Source: an uncultured Candidatus Saccharibacteria bacterium
GTDB lineage: Bacteria > Patescibacteriota > Minisyncoccia > Phycocordibacterales > CSBR16-119
DNA length: 64,000 bases
Direction of reading: 5' to 3'
Assembly: GCA_964355515.1 (NCBI GenBank)
Contig: CAYHDV010000003.1
Location: 7,914-71,913 of the forward strand
The notes under the pieces are model-generated. The model was not told the DNA's origin. It was given only the letters and a program-made list of their open reading frames with translations, and ran no database searches. A program made the position numbers and the translations under genes. Below, piece after piece: positions 9,217 to 17,686 of this stretch; positions within the stretch are counted from its first letter, which is position 1, and every line of letters starts with the position of its first letter.

Positions 9217-9885
9217 TTACCACTCAATCCTCTTCTCATCTCTCCCCTCCAAATACTCATTACACGTAGAGAAATGTTTGCACCCCAGAAATCCTGTGTA
9301 TGCAGAAAATGGTGATGGGTGTGGAGCTTCGAGGACGAGGTGTTTACTTGTGTCTATAAGCGACTTTTTACTTCGAGCAAAATTCCCCCACAACATAAAA
9401 ACCACCCCTTCTCTCTCGTCAGAAATTGTTTTGATGACTGTATCTGTAAAATCTTCCCAGCCATGCCCTCTGTGTGATGCTGGCTGGCCAGAACTCACAG
9501 ACATAATAGCATTCAAGAGAAAAACCCCTTGTCTTCCCCATTCCTCCAAATTACCTTTCGTCACATCTTTTTTAATTCCCAAATCACTTTCAATTTCCTT
9601 ATAAATATTTTTAAGAGATGGTGGCGGAGTGACTCCATCTGGCACAGAAAAACAAAGTCCATGTGCCTGTCCCTCTCCATGATACGGGTCCTGACCAAGT
9701 ATCACCACTTTTACATTATCAAATGGTGTGAACTCAAAAGCCTTGAATAATTCCTCATGTTTTGGATACACAGTCTTTGTTTTGTATTCACTCTGGATAT
9801 ATTGAGAAAGATTTGCCCATGTCTCCGACTGGAAAAACTCCCCCAATCTCCCCTTCCAGCTTTTTTCTATACCAATCTCTTGCAT
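9217..9885 (-). CDS. ung: Uracil-DNA glycosylase (family 1)
   Basis: VVILGQDPYH, AHGLCFSV, PPSLKNIYKE, HPSPFS motifs. Confidence 0.97.
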   Translation of the reverse strand: MQEIGIEKSWKGRLGEFFQSETWANLSQYIQSEYKTKTVYPKHEELFKAFEFTPFDNVKVVILGQDPYHGEGQAHGLCFSVPDGVTPPPSLKNIYKEIESDLGIKKDVTKGNLEEWGRQGVFLLNAIMSVSSGQPASHRGHGWEDFTDTVIKTISDEREGVVFMLWGNFARSKKSLIDTSKHLVLEAPHPSPFSAYTGFLGCKHFSTCNEYLEGRDEKRIEW

Positions 9886-10099
9886 GTGGTAAGTATAACA
9901 AAAAACCTCTTCCCGAGGTTTTTTGTTATAGCCTTAATGGTCTTTCTATTTGTCCGTTACTTAGTCGGGGCTCGGATTATTTTTCTGCGGAATATTTCAT
10001 ATTCCGCTTTATTAAAAAAATAATCCCAGAGTCACTCCGCTACGCGCCACGGAGCAGGAGTATTTGCTCCGGCTTGATTCCTCTAAATTAGTCACTAGG

Positions 10100-10172
10100 T
10101 CGGAGTGCCGGGATTCGAACCCGGAGTCACTCGTACCCAAAACGAGCATGTTAGCCGTTACACCACACTCCG
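10100..10172 (-). tRNA. tRNA-Pro(TGG)
   Basis: Minus strand CGGAGTG...CTCGT-TTTGGGT-ACGAG...GGTTCGAATCC...CACTCCG-A. Confidence 0.93.
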
Positions 10173-10318
10173 ACCTAAGGACCAATTTAATTTAGAGAGA
10201 ACCTTCGCCCCAAAACAAGCATGCCAGCTGTTACACAATGCTTTATCGCATATGAAACCCCATTATCTTATCATAATCTATAAGAAATACAATTGAAAAG
10301 GGGCTGAACGCCCCTTTT

Positions 10319-10516
10319 TTAAAACTGGATATCCGTGTCATCATGTGGCTCAGGGTCACCTGAAGTAGTATCAAACGAATCCCCATCATCTACATCGAGG
10401 TAGTTTTCTCTTTGGCCATCCTGATTGTGCGAAGATCTATCGATTTTCCCTTGATCATGTTCTCCGTTGGTTTGGAAAATTGAAAATCCTCTTTTCTCTT
10501 TTGGATCTAAACTCAT
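10319..10516 (-). CDS. Small acidic hypothetical protein
   Basis: 65-aa Asp-rich ORF downstream of yraN. Confidence 0.5.
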   Translation of the reverse strand: MSLDPKEKRGFSIFQTNGEHDQGKIDRSSHNQDGQRENYLDVDDGDSFDTTSGDPEPHDDTDIQF

Positions 10517-10546
10517 TTTTTTGAACTATTTTACATTTAGTATATC

Positions 10547-10927
10547 CTAAATACTCAATATTTCAACTTTTGCAGTTTTTTCTTCTTGATTTATTAGGAC
10601 GGATAACAATTTTATCTCTGTTTCACATGAAACATCATTATTCATAATATACATCTCAACAGCCTTCAAAAATCTTTCAATTTTCTTTGGGTGCATGTTT
10701 TCCGCAGGATTATATGTTTCATGTGAAACATCAAGCTTTTTTATACTACTTTTTACTTCAAAAAAATAAATAATTTTAGATTTTTTGGCAATTATGTCTA
10801 TTTCTCCTTGTTTTAAGGTAAAATTTCTCTCAATAATAGAAAAACCTTTACTTTTTAAATACCTAACAGCCAAATTTTCGCCCAATTCCCCTATTTGTTG
10901 AGTTTTTGATGTAAATACTCTAATCAT
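10547..10927 (-). CDS. yraN: YraN/UPF0102 family PD-(D/E)XK nuclease
   Basis: GELGENLAVRYL...IIERNF...GEIDIIA...FFEVKS. Confidence 0.9.
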   Translation of the reverse strand: MIRVFTSKTQQIGELGENLAVRYLKSKGFSIIERNFTLKQGEIDIIAKKSKIIYFFEVKSSIKKLDVSHETYNPAENMHPKKIERFLKAVEMYIMNNDVSCETEIKLLSVLINQEEKTAKVEILSI

Positions 10928-10934
10928 ACAAATT

Positions 10935-11772
10935 ACTTAGAGGTTCAACCTCTAAGTCTTAGTCCAGCAAAAGATTGTCTAGTTTTTTGTCTTCCTGTCG
11001 CCTTTCTGCAATGGCATGCACAAGACCAAGGCTATTTTCTCGATAGTCTTCACTATTTTGGTATTGTCCTAGAATAATATCTGGATGTACGAGCTTTTTA
11101 GATGTTTCATGTGAAACATATTCAGGCCAACTGGATACATATAAATCCCCTTCTCCAAGGCCATGAACCATATAATTCAGGTTTACATATGCTCCAAGGT
11201 AAAGTAAATATTCGTTTGTGGCAATATGTTTCACTTTATATCGTCCCTGAAAAAGTGACCCCGATCGTTCATATTTATCGTTAAAGTACATAGTATATCC
11301 TGTGCCAACCTTCTGCATAAACTTTTCGATACCACCTTCAACAAGTGGTGTTAAAATCATATGAAAATGGTTTGGGTTTAAACAAAAGGCTACAATCTCA
11401 ACCAACTTAGAGGTTGAACCTCTAAGTTTTCCATACTTCATCACATGCAATCCACCAAATGAGTCAATTGTATTTAATTTGTTTAAATGCCGAAGAAAAA
11501 CCTTCAAATCTTCTTTGTCTTGGAATACCGTTCGTTTATCTACACCGCGATTGTATACATGGTAGTATTCTCCAGGCATAAGTGATATACGTTTCATATG
11601 AAACAGTGTAGCACTTAGAGGTTGAACCTCTAAGTAAAGTCTCTTAAACTTGTTAATAACTAAGGTTTTTATTTTATAAAAGACTTTCTCTAATTATAAA
11701 AGACTGTCCTTTATCCACGTTACACCCAAGCTTTTCCACAGAATAAAGGACTTAGAGGTTGAACCTCTAAGT
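10935..11772. repeat. Four copies of REP-like palindrome ACTTAGAGGTT(C/G)AACCTCTAAGT
   Basis: 10935-10957, 11405-11427 (inside the transposase CDS), 11613-11635, 11750-11772. Confidence 0.92.
10959..11597 (-). mobile_element. RAYT-like / IS200-family Y1 HUH transposase
   Basis: YYHVYNRG, FCLNPNHFH (HUH), YFNDKYERSGSLFQGRYK, YVNLN (catalytic Tyr region), SSW; flanked by palindromes. Confidence 0.88.
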
Positions 11773-11898
11773 CATCACCGGGCTGATTGAGGCTCTACTT
11801 ACGCCATTCTTCTGGCAGTTCATCCTTATAGTATCCCTTGATACCAGTAAAAAACAAAGAAAACCCACTGCTTTTGCAGTAGGTTTTCTTTGTTTTTG

Positions 11899-11970
11899 TG
11901 CACCCGGAGGGATTCGAACCCCCAACGACGGTTCCGAAGACCGGTATGATATCCATTTCACTACGAGTGC
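11899..11970 (-). tRNA. tRNA-Arg(TCG)
   Basis: Minus strand GCACTCG...CCGGT-CTTCGGA-ACCGT...GGTTCGAATCC...CGGGTGC-A. Confidence 0.92.
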
Positions 11971-12204
11971 ATTTTCTTTTTGATTTGCTTGATATCTCAA
12001 GAATAATCCTTATTCTTACATAGTTTCACATGAAACAGTTATGTACCAACAAAACAATACGAGAATTGTACGATATATCCCCAAATAAAGCAATATTTTT
12101 CTATAAAAGCTGATATAATAAAAGAGTTAATAATTAAATATGTGAATATGTACCAAAGGGGCACTATCAAAGAGTTCGAATCTCTATATCCACACAATAA
12201 ATCA

Positions 12205-13716
12205 ATGCAAACAATGCATTTCCATATACCAGAAGAAGTGATAAAGGCTACAAAAACCCTAAAAGATAGGGGCTTTGAGGCATATCTTGTGGGTGGCTGT
12301 GTGAGAGATCTATTAACAGAGAAAAAACCAAAGGACTGGGATATTGCAACCAATGCAAAACCCGAGGAAATACAAGCTTTGTTCGTAAAAACAGTCTATG
12401 AAAATAACTTCGGGACAGTGGCTGTTGTAAATGAAGAGCTGGGGCTGGATGATCCACTGCGGGTTATAGAGATAACCCCATATAGAACAGAGAGCAACTA
12501 CAGCAACAACCGCCATCCAGACTCGGTGTCTTTTAGTGAAAATCTAGAAGAGGATCTAAAGAGACGAGACTTCACCATGAACGCAATAGCCGTTGAAATT
12601 AAAGGGTTTATAAAAGACATTGATAAAGGACATGAGGTGATTATAAACGACATGTATGGTGGTATAAAGGACATTCAGAGACAAGTCATAAAAGCGGTAG
12701 GGAATGCGGATGAAAGATTCAAGGAAGATGCACTCCGAATTATGCGGGCTATCCGGTTTTCTTCACAGCTTGGTTTCATGGCAGATTCAGAAGTTATGGA
12801 AGCTATGGGGAAAAACAAAGAACTCCTAGCCAATATCTCCCACGAAAGAATCCGGGATGAGCTAATCAAAATAATAAATTCAGATGACCCAATGATAGCG
12901 TTCGTCACTATGCAAAAACTAGGAATCCTACCCTATGTCATACCTGAACTTGAAGAAACAATAAAAATAGAGCAAGGAGGCGAACATATCTATGATGTGT
13001 GGGAACACTCACTTCGAGCTCTCCAAAATGGGGCAGACAAGAAATATGCGTTTCATGTGAGACTCGCGTCGCTCCTTCACGATATAGGGAAGCCAAGGAC
13101 AAGAAGGCCAGATCCACAGGGAAAAGGTTGGACTTTCTACAACCATGAAGTGGTGGGGGCAAAAATGGCAAAAAAGATACTTGAGAGGCTCAACTTTTCA
13201 CGTGAAACAATAAGCACTATTGTTTCACTCGTACGGTGGCACATGTTTTTCTCTGATCCTGATCAAATCACCCTCTCTGCTGTAAGACGACTTATCCGAA
13301 ATGTGGGACCTGAGCTGGTATGGGACTTGATGGATGTCCGGCGTTGTGACCGAATAGGTATGGGACGACCAAAAGAATCTCCATACAGACTAAGGAAATT
13401 TGAATCAATGATAGAAGAAGTAAGTCGAGACCCCGTGTCTGTAAAGCAACTTAAACTCAATGGAGATATCATGATTGCAGAGCTTGGTATGAAACCCGGA
13501 AGGGAAATCGGCTGGATACTGCATGCGCTGCTAGAAGAGGTCCTGGATGACCCAAACAAAAACGAGCTTGAATATCAAAAAGAGCGAGCACTCGAGCTCT
13601 CCAAACTACCGCAAGATGCACTAAGAGAACTAGGCGAAGCAGGGAAGGAAGCCACAGAAGAAGCCGAAGAAGCCGAGCTGAAAGAAATTCGTAAGAAGCA
13701 TAAGGTGGGGAAATAG
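12205..13716 (+). CDS. cca: CCA tRNA nucleotidyltransferase with HD domain (start 12205 or 12214)
   Basis: YLVGGCVRD, DWDIAT, EDLKRRDFTMNA, EDALRIMRAIRF, LLHDIGKP, FYNHE. Confidence 0.92.
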   Translation: MQTMHFHIPEEVIKATKTLKDRGFEAYLVGGCVRDLLTEKKPKDWDIATNAKPEEIQALFVKTVYENNFGTVAVVNEELGLDDPLRVIEITPYRTESNYSNNRHPDSVSFSENLEEDLKRRDFTMNAIAVEIKGFIKDIDKGHEVIINDMYGGIKDIQRQVIKAVGNADERFKEDALRIMRAIRFSSQLGFMADSEVMEAMGKNKELLANISHERIRDELIKIINSDDPMIAFVTMQKLGILPYVIPELEETIKIEQGGEHIYDVWEHSLRALQNGADKKYAFHVRLASLLHDIGKPRTRRPDPQGKGWTFYNHEVVGAKMAKKILERLNFSRETISTIVSLVRWHMFFSDPDQITLSAVRRLIRNVGPELVWDLMDVRRCDRIGMGRPKESPYRLRKFESMIEEVSRDPVSVKQLKLNGDIMIAELGMKPGREIGWILHALLEEVLDDPNKNELEYQKERALELSKLPQDALRELGEAGKEATEEAEEAELKEIRKKHKVGK

Positions 13717-13763
13717 GAGATATACATAAAAAAGCCTGCGGATAGCAGGTTTTTTTACTGTTA

Positions 13764-14552
13764 TTAATATATTCCCGTCTCCTTACTCCATTTATCATAG
13801 AGAAGTTTGTTGTTCTCATAGTAGCCCTGAATAAATGATCCTGAGTATTTAATAATATCAATTTCATTATATCCTTTTGACATAGTAGTTATTTGATCTG
13901 AAGATTGAGTTACAACGTCTTTTGGAGATAGCCAATCCTTGGTGTCAGCTTTTGGTCGAACAGACAGGGCTGATTTTGTTATTGTTGATGTAATATTCAC
14001 AGAAAGACCAGAAAACCAATCGGGGAATCTTCCTACATATGATCTCACATATTCTCGTAGAATAAACTTGGCTTCACAGAACGGTTCAATAACAAAAGGT
14101 GTATATCTATCAGAAACCCCTGCAATAATAACAACCTTTAACTTAATATTATTTTCTTCAATATTGAACACTGATATTTTTGAGACCAAATACCTCAGTA
14201 GATACTTAAACGAATTAACATTTGTATCGTAGATATCCTCATCGATAGTTTTCATTGGCTTAATATCTGGGTAACCACGCGGATTAAATTTATCTGAACC
14301 AATAGTGTGCAAATAGACAATCTGATTATATTCTTTCAGGTTTATTCTGGAAAAAACAATTTCTATGTTTTTTATACTTCTTAGATCACACGTAACACTT
14401 TCAAACAGATTGGAATCGACCCCTTCAACTCTTTTATTTCTAATTACTCCAATAGTGTTTAGACCTTTTTCGATGAAGGCTTTTACATACTCTGTTCCTA
14501 TTTCTCCAGCGGCACCAGCTATGATAACTAAAGTTTTTTTATTTTTGTTCAT
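13764..14552 (-). CDS. SDR-like NAD(P)-binding Rossmann-fold protein
   Basis: VIIAGAAGEIG glycine motif, TCDL, FCEAK in place of YxxxK. Confidence 0.7.
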   Translation of the reverse strand: MNKNKKTLVIIAGAAGEIGTEYVKAFIEKGLNTIGVIRNKRVEGVDSNLFESVTCDLRSIKNIEIVFSRINLKEYNQIVYLHTIGSDKFNPRGYPDIKPMKTIDEDIYDTNVNSFKYLLRYLVSKISVFNIEENNIKLKVVIIAGVSDRYTPFVIEPFCEAKFILREYVRSYVGRFPDWFSGLSVNITSTITKSALSVRPKADTKDWLSPKDVVTQSSDQITTMSKGYNEIDIIKYSGSFIQGYYENNKLLYDKWSKETGIY

Positions 14553-14776
14553 ATTTATATATTCAGTTTAATAATGTATGGTATTCATTTCACATTTTCA
14601 AAGCACTTCAGTAAAGAAATGATCTGAAAAATAGAGGAGAGTGGGCAAAGCCCCTCTCCTGGTTAATATTATTTATCCGCTAAGCCTTGCATAGAGACGC
14701 CTTCTACCGGAAGAGTCCAATAAAATCTTTGCCTCGTACGCAAGAATTCTTCCACCTATTCCGAGACGCATAAATC

Positions 14777-14995
14777 CTACATCAAGCATGCAGTCGCTCT
14801 TACGCTCAAACTCAACACAGAATTATCAAGTTCAAAACCAGAATCCTCAATAATTAAGTGGAAACCCTGACAAAACTCATCACTTTCAGTGGTGGCACTC
14901 TCTAAGGGTGAGATTGTTAAACTTTCTGAGAATCGGACAGTTTTGATAGCTTGCTCACTATTGTCTCCATAATTATTACCTATGTAGATTTTCAT
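14777..14995 (-). CDS. Small hypothetical protein, possibly frameshifted
   Basis: 72-aa ORF; a second frame stays open to a TAA near 14673. Confidence 0.4.
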   Translation of the reverse strand: MKIYIGNNYGDNSEQAIKTVRFSESLTISPLESATTESDEFCQGFHLIIEDSGFELDNSVLSLSVRATACLM

Positions 14996-15115
14996 ATCTT
15001 TGTTTTTTTAAGTTCATATTTGTTTAACAACATAATACACTAAAGGTCAAATACTTTCATCAAACAAGGCTTTATGGTATACTTTTTAAACTAAAGGTTT
15101 AATTATCTATATGAA

Positions 15116-15946
15116 ATGAACCCATTTGATCACACAATTGAGTCAAAAATTATTCAAAAACTCCATAAGGGGGCTCTTTCTAGTGCTCGACTAGTTCAAG
15201 AGATCAAGGAAGAGCAAGGGGTAACAAAACAAGCTGTATATAAGGAGCTACGAAAATTGCGAAAAAGAGAAATGGTGGTGGCTCATGGGAAAATACTCAG
15301 CCTATCCGTTCTTTGGCTACAAAAAATGTCTTCATTTTTTTTAGAAACTCACGATCTGTATTCAGGAGAAAGTACCTCTGAGCCATATCTTCAGATGGAG
15401 GATGGAGATAGCTTGGTGTATAGATTCTCTAACCCAGACACCATGGACTCCTTTTGGGGTCATGCGGTACTTATATTGTCTGGGAAAATGAGTGAGGGGG
15501 ATTACGCGTATCTATACAACCCGCATGAGTGGTTCCTGGCAGCAAGACCTGAGTCAGAGTTAGAGATCTTTAGACTTATACATGAAAGTAAGAAAAACCT
15601 TGTTATATATGTAGCAGGGGAAACGGATCTTGATAAGAAGCTCGGGAACCTACTCATTCAGGAGTCTCAGCAGTACTTTGCGGGTGGAATATACTTATTC
15701 GAGAAGGAAAATTACTATATAAACATTTTTAATGATTTTATTATAGAGGTTTGGATAGACCCATCAACTGCAGGGAAAATAGAGTCTTTTTTCCAACAGG
15801 AAAAAGAAGTCACAGCCTACGGGATGGATACACTTCAGCATGTTATTTCACAGACAGGAAAGAATAAATTTAAAATATCAAAAAACAAAAAAAGAGCTGA
15901 TCAACTAAAAAGAAAAATAGGAAAATATTTCCAAATAAAAAAATAA
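15116..15946 (+). CDS. Putative transcriptional regulator (N-terminal wHTH)
   Basis: GVTKQAVYKELRKLRKREMV helix-turn-helix-like segment; divergent from the SDR gene. Confidence 0.65.
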   Translation: MNPFDHTIESKIIQKLHKGALSSARLVQEIKEEQGVTKQAVYKELRKLRKREMVVAHGKILSLSVLWLQKMSSFFLETHDLYSGESTSEPYLQMEDGDSLVYRFSNPDTMDSFWGHAVLILSGKMSEGDYAYLYNPHEWFLAARPESELEIFRLIHESKKNLVIYVAGETDLDKKLGNLLIQESQQYFAGGIYLFEKENYYINIFNDFIIEVWIDPSTAGKIESFFQQEKEVTAYGMDTLQHVISQTGKNKFKISKNKKRADQLKRKIGKYFQIKK

Positions 15947-16299
15947 AAAAGCCCACTAACGTGTGAGCTTTTGGTGGGTTTAGGGTAAACCCTTGTTGTT
16001 GGGGGGCCTCGGCCGAGGCCCCCCTTACACCTGCAGATAAATCCTGCAAGTGGAATTATCAAATGATGAAACTGGAACAACTTATCCTGCGAAGTTTTTT
16101 GTACTAATTCTGTTTTGCAAGAATCATTCAAAATGGCTTCAAATAAGAAAGTGCGATCTTTGAAAGAAGTTTCTATGGCGACCCGATCAATCGGCCGTAC
16201 TTCTTCAAACAAGAGAATCTCACCATGGTGATTGATTTCTCGTGCCAGCATGCAGGAAATAAAGCCTTCGCATCCCATACCGATTAAGATTATATCCAT
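15901..16299 (-). CDS. Hypothetical protein; 3' end uncertain
   Basis: 132-aa ORF that reads through a terminator-like hairpin into the convergent gene. Confidence 0.35.
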   Translation of the reverse strand: MDIILIGMGCEGFISCMLAREINHHGEILLFEEVRPIDRVAIETSFKDRTFLFEAILNDSCKTELVQKTSQDKLFQFHHLIIPLAGFICRCKGGLGRGPPTTRVYPKPTKSSHVSGLFYFFIWKYFPIFLFS

Positions 16300-16372
16300 A
16301 TTGAGAACAATGTTTCAACAGAGAATACGCCCTTTGCAAAATAAAGTCAAGAATCCAAAAACTGTTTCTAGT

Positions 16373-16570
16373 TTAGGAATATTTACTCATCCAGCTAACC
16401 GTAACTTGCTTGATCTCTTGGAAGACATCCTCTGTTATTTCCACTGGTAATTGACGAATCAAGACCCAGCAAATCAAAACAAAAACTATTATTCCAGTAA
16501 TCACTTTTGGAAATATTCGTCCTCTTACTGTGCTGCTCTTATGCAGATGAGGGGGAATTACGTTTGACAT
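16373..16570 (-). CDS. Small single-TM protein
   Basis: Hydrophobic VITGIIVFVLICWVLI segment. Confidence 0.55.
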   Translation of the reverse strand: MSNVIPPHLHKSSTVRGRIFPKVITGIIVFVLICWVLIRQLPVEITEDVFQEIKQVTVSWMSKYS

Positions 16571-16743
16571 GGCCCTATCGTATTTAGTTGTTTTTATTTA
16601 CTATAGAAAAAAATGGGAAAAATGCAATGGGGGGGTTGTTTAGAGAATGATGAGGCACGCCGAAGGCTCACCCCCTGATGGGATTTTGATAACTATCAAG
16701 GTCCGATCTCTCCTTAAGCCTGAGGATTAGGTGGGAAAATTCT

Positions 16744-16775
16744 GGATTGCTTCGTCGCGAACTCCTCGCAAAGAC
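16744..16775. repeat. REP/RPE-like palindromic element remnant
   Basis: GGATTGCTTCGTCGCGAACTCCTCGCAAAGAC resembles the widespread GATTGCTTCG...CTCCTCGCAATGAC repeat family (from recollection). Confidence 0.5.
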
Positions 16776-16812
16776 GGGCATTGTAACCTTTCTTCATTCT
16801 CCTTACTTATTT

Positions 16813-17604
16813 TTACTTCATCTCCAACACAATAGGACAGTGATCAGATCCCATGACTTCTGCTAAAATATTAGCCTTTTTTATTCTTGATTTTAATTTT
16901 TCAGAAACAAAAAAGTAATCTATCCGCCAGCCCACGTTTCGTTGTCTTGCTCCAGCAAAATGACTCCACCATGTATAGTGACCATTCCCCTCCGTAAACA
17001 TTCTAAAAGAATCCAGGAACCCAGCAGCGATAATCTCATCTGCCCCCTCGCGCTCTTCATTTGTAAAACCCTTTTTACCAACATTTGGCTTTGGTCTGGC
17101 TAGGTCGTCCTCTGTGTGAGCAACATTGAAGTCACCACACATTACAACGGGCTTTTTGTTTTCTAGATCATTGCAATGCTCCAAAAACGCGGGATCCCAA
17201 TTTTTGTATCTCATATTCAATCGCCCTAAATCATCTTTGGCATTTGGGGTATAAACACAAACCAAATAAAAGTCGTTGTATTCTGCTGTGATAACCCGAC
17301 CTTCCGCTGTTGTATCACCAAAAGAATCCTCAAGATTGTATTTTTTGTTTATTTTTTCATTAAAATCATGAAAGACTGAAAGTGGTTTTACTTTAGTAAA
17401 AATAGCTGTTCCACTGTATCCTTTCCGCTGTGCAGAATTCCAGTATTCTTCATACTCCGGCAAATCAAGGGGGGACTGATTTTCCTCTGCTTTTGTCTCT
17501 TGAAGGCAAATAATATCTGGCTTGTACTTTGATACAAAAGGTTCAAAAAACCCCTTTTTGTGAACTGCTCTTATCCCATTTACATTCCAAGAAATAATCT
17601 TCAT
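16813..17604 (-). CDS. xth: Exodeoxyribonuclease III
   Basis: SWNVNGIRA, CLQETK, GYSGTA, GDFNVAH, YTWWS, GWRIDYF, GSDHCP. Confidence 0.97.
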   Translation of the reverse strand: MKIISWNVNGIRAVHKKGFFEPFVSKYKPDIICLQETKAEENQSPLDLPEYEEYWNSAQRKGYSGTAIFTKVKPLSVFHDFNEKINKKYNLEDSFGDTTAEGRVITAEYNDFYLVCVYTPNAKDDLGRLNMRYKNWDPAFLEHCNDLENKKPVVMCGDFNVAHTEDDLARPKPNVGKKGFTNEEREGADEIIAAGFLDSFRMFTEGNGHYTWWSHFAGARQRNVGWRIDYFFVSEKLKSRIKKANILAEVMGSDHCPIVLEMK

Positions 17605-17686
17605 GTGAGCTATTATATCATGAGCGTGCTCATTGACTTTTTATATTTATTATGCATAATTGGATTAAACAAATAAAAAAGAAAAA

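Larger units (their letters stand above)
10619..13209. promoter_or_regulatory. Cluster of parS-like sites (consensus TGTTTCACGTGAAACA)
   Basis: 16-mers at 10619-10634, 10715-10730, 11103-11118, 11590-11605, 12022-12037, 13194-13209 and a degenerate one at 13049-13064. Confidence 0.85.

Noticed and set aside
3459-11740. Isolated DnaA boxes (TTATCCACA at 3459; near-matches at 11711 and 11732) as a second origin
   Set aside because: Too few and scattered; the dnaA-dnaN spacer is the better oriC candidate.
8616-12000. ORFs 8616-8975, 8964-9260, 10105-10296 and 11767-12000
   Set aside because: Shadow ORFs across tRNA genes and repeats.
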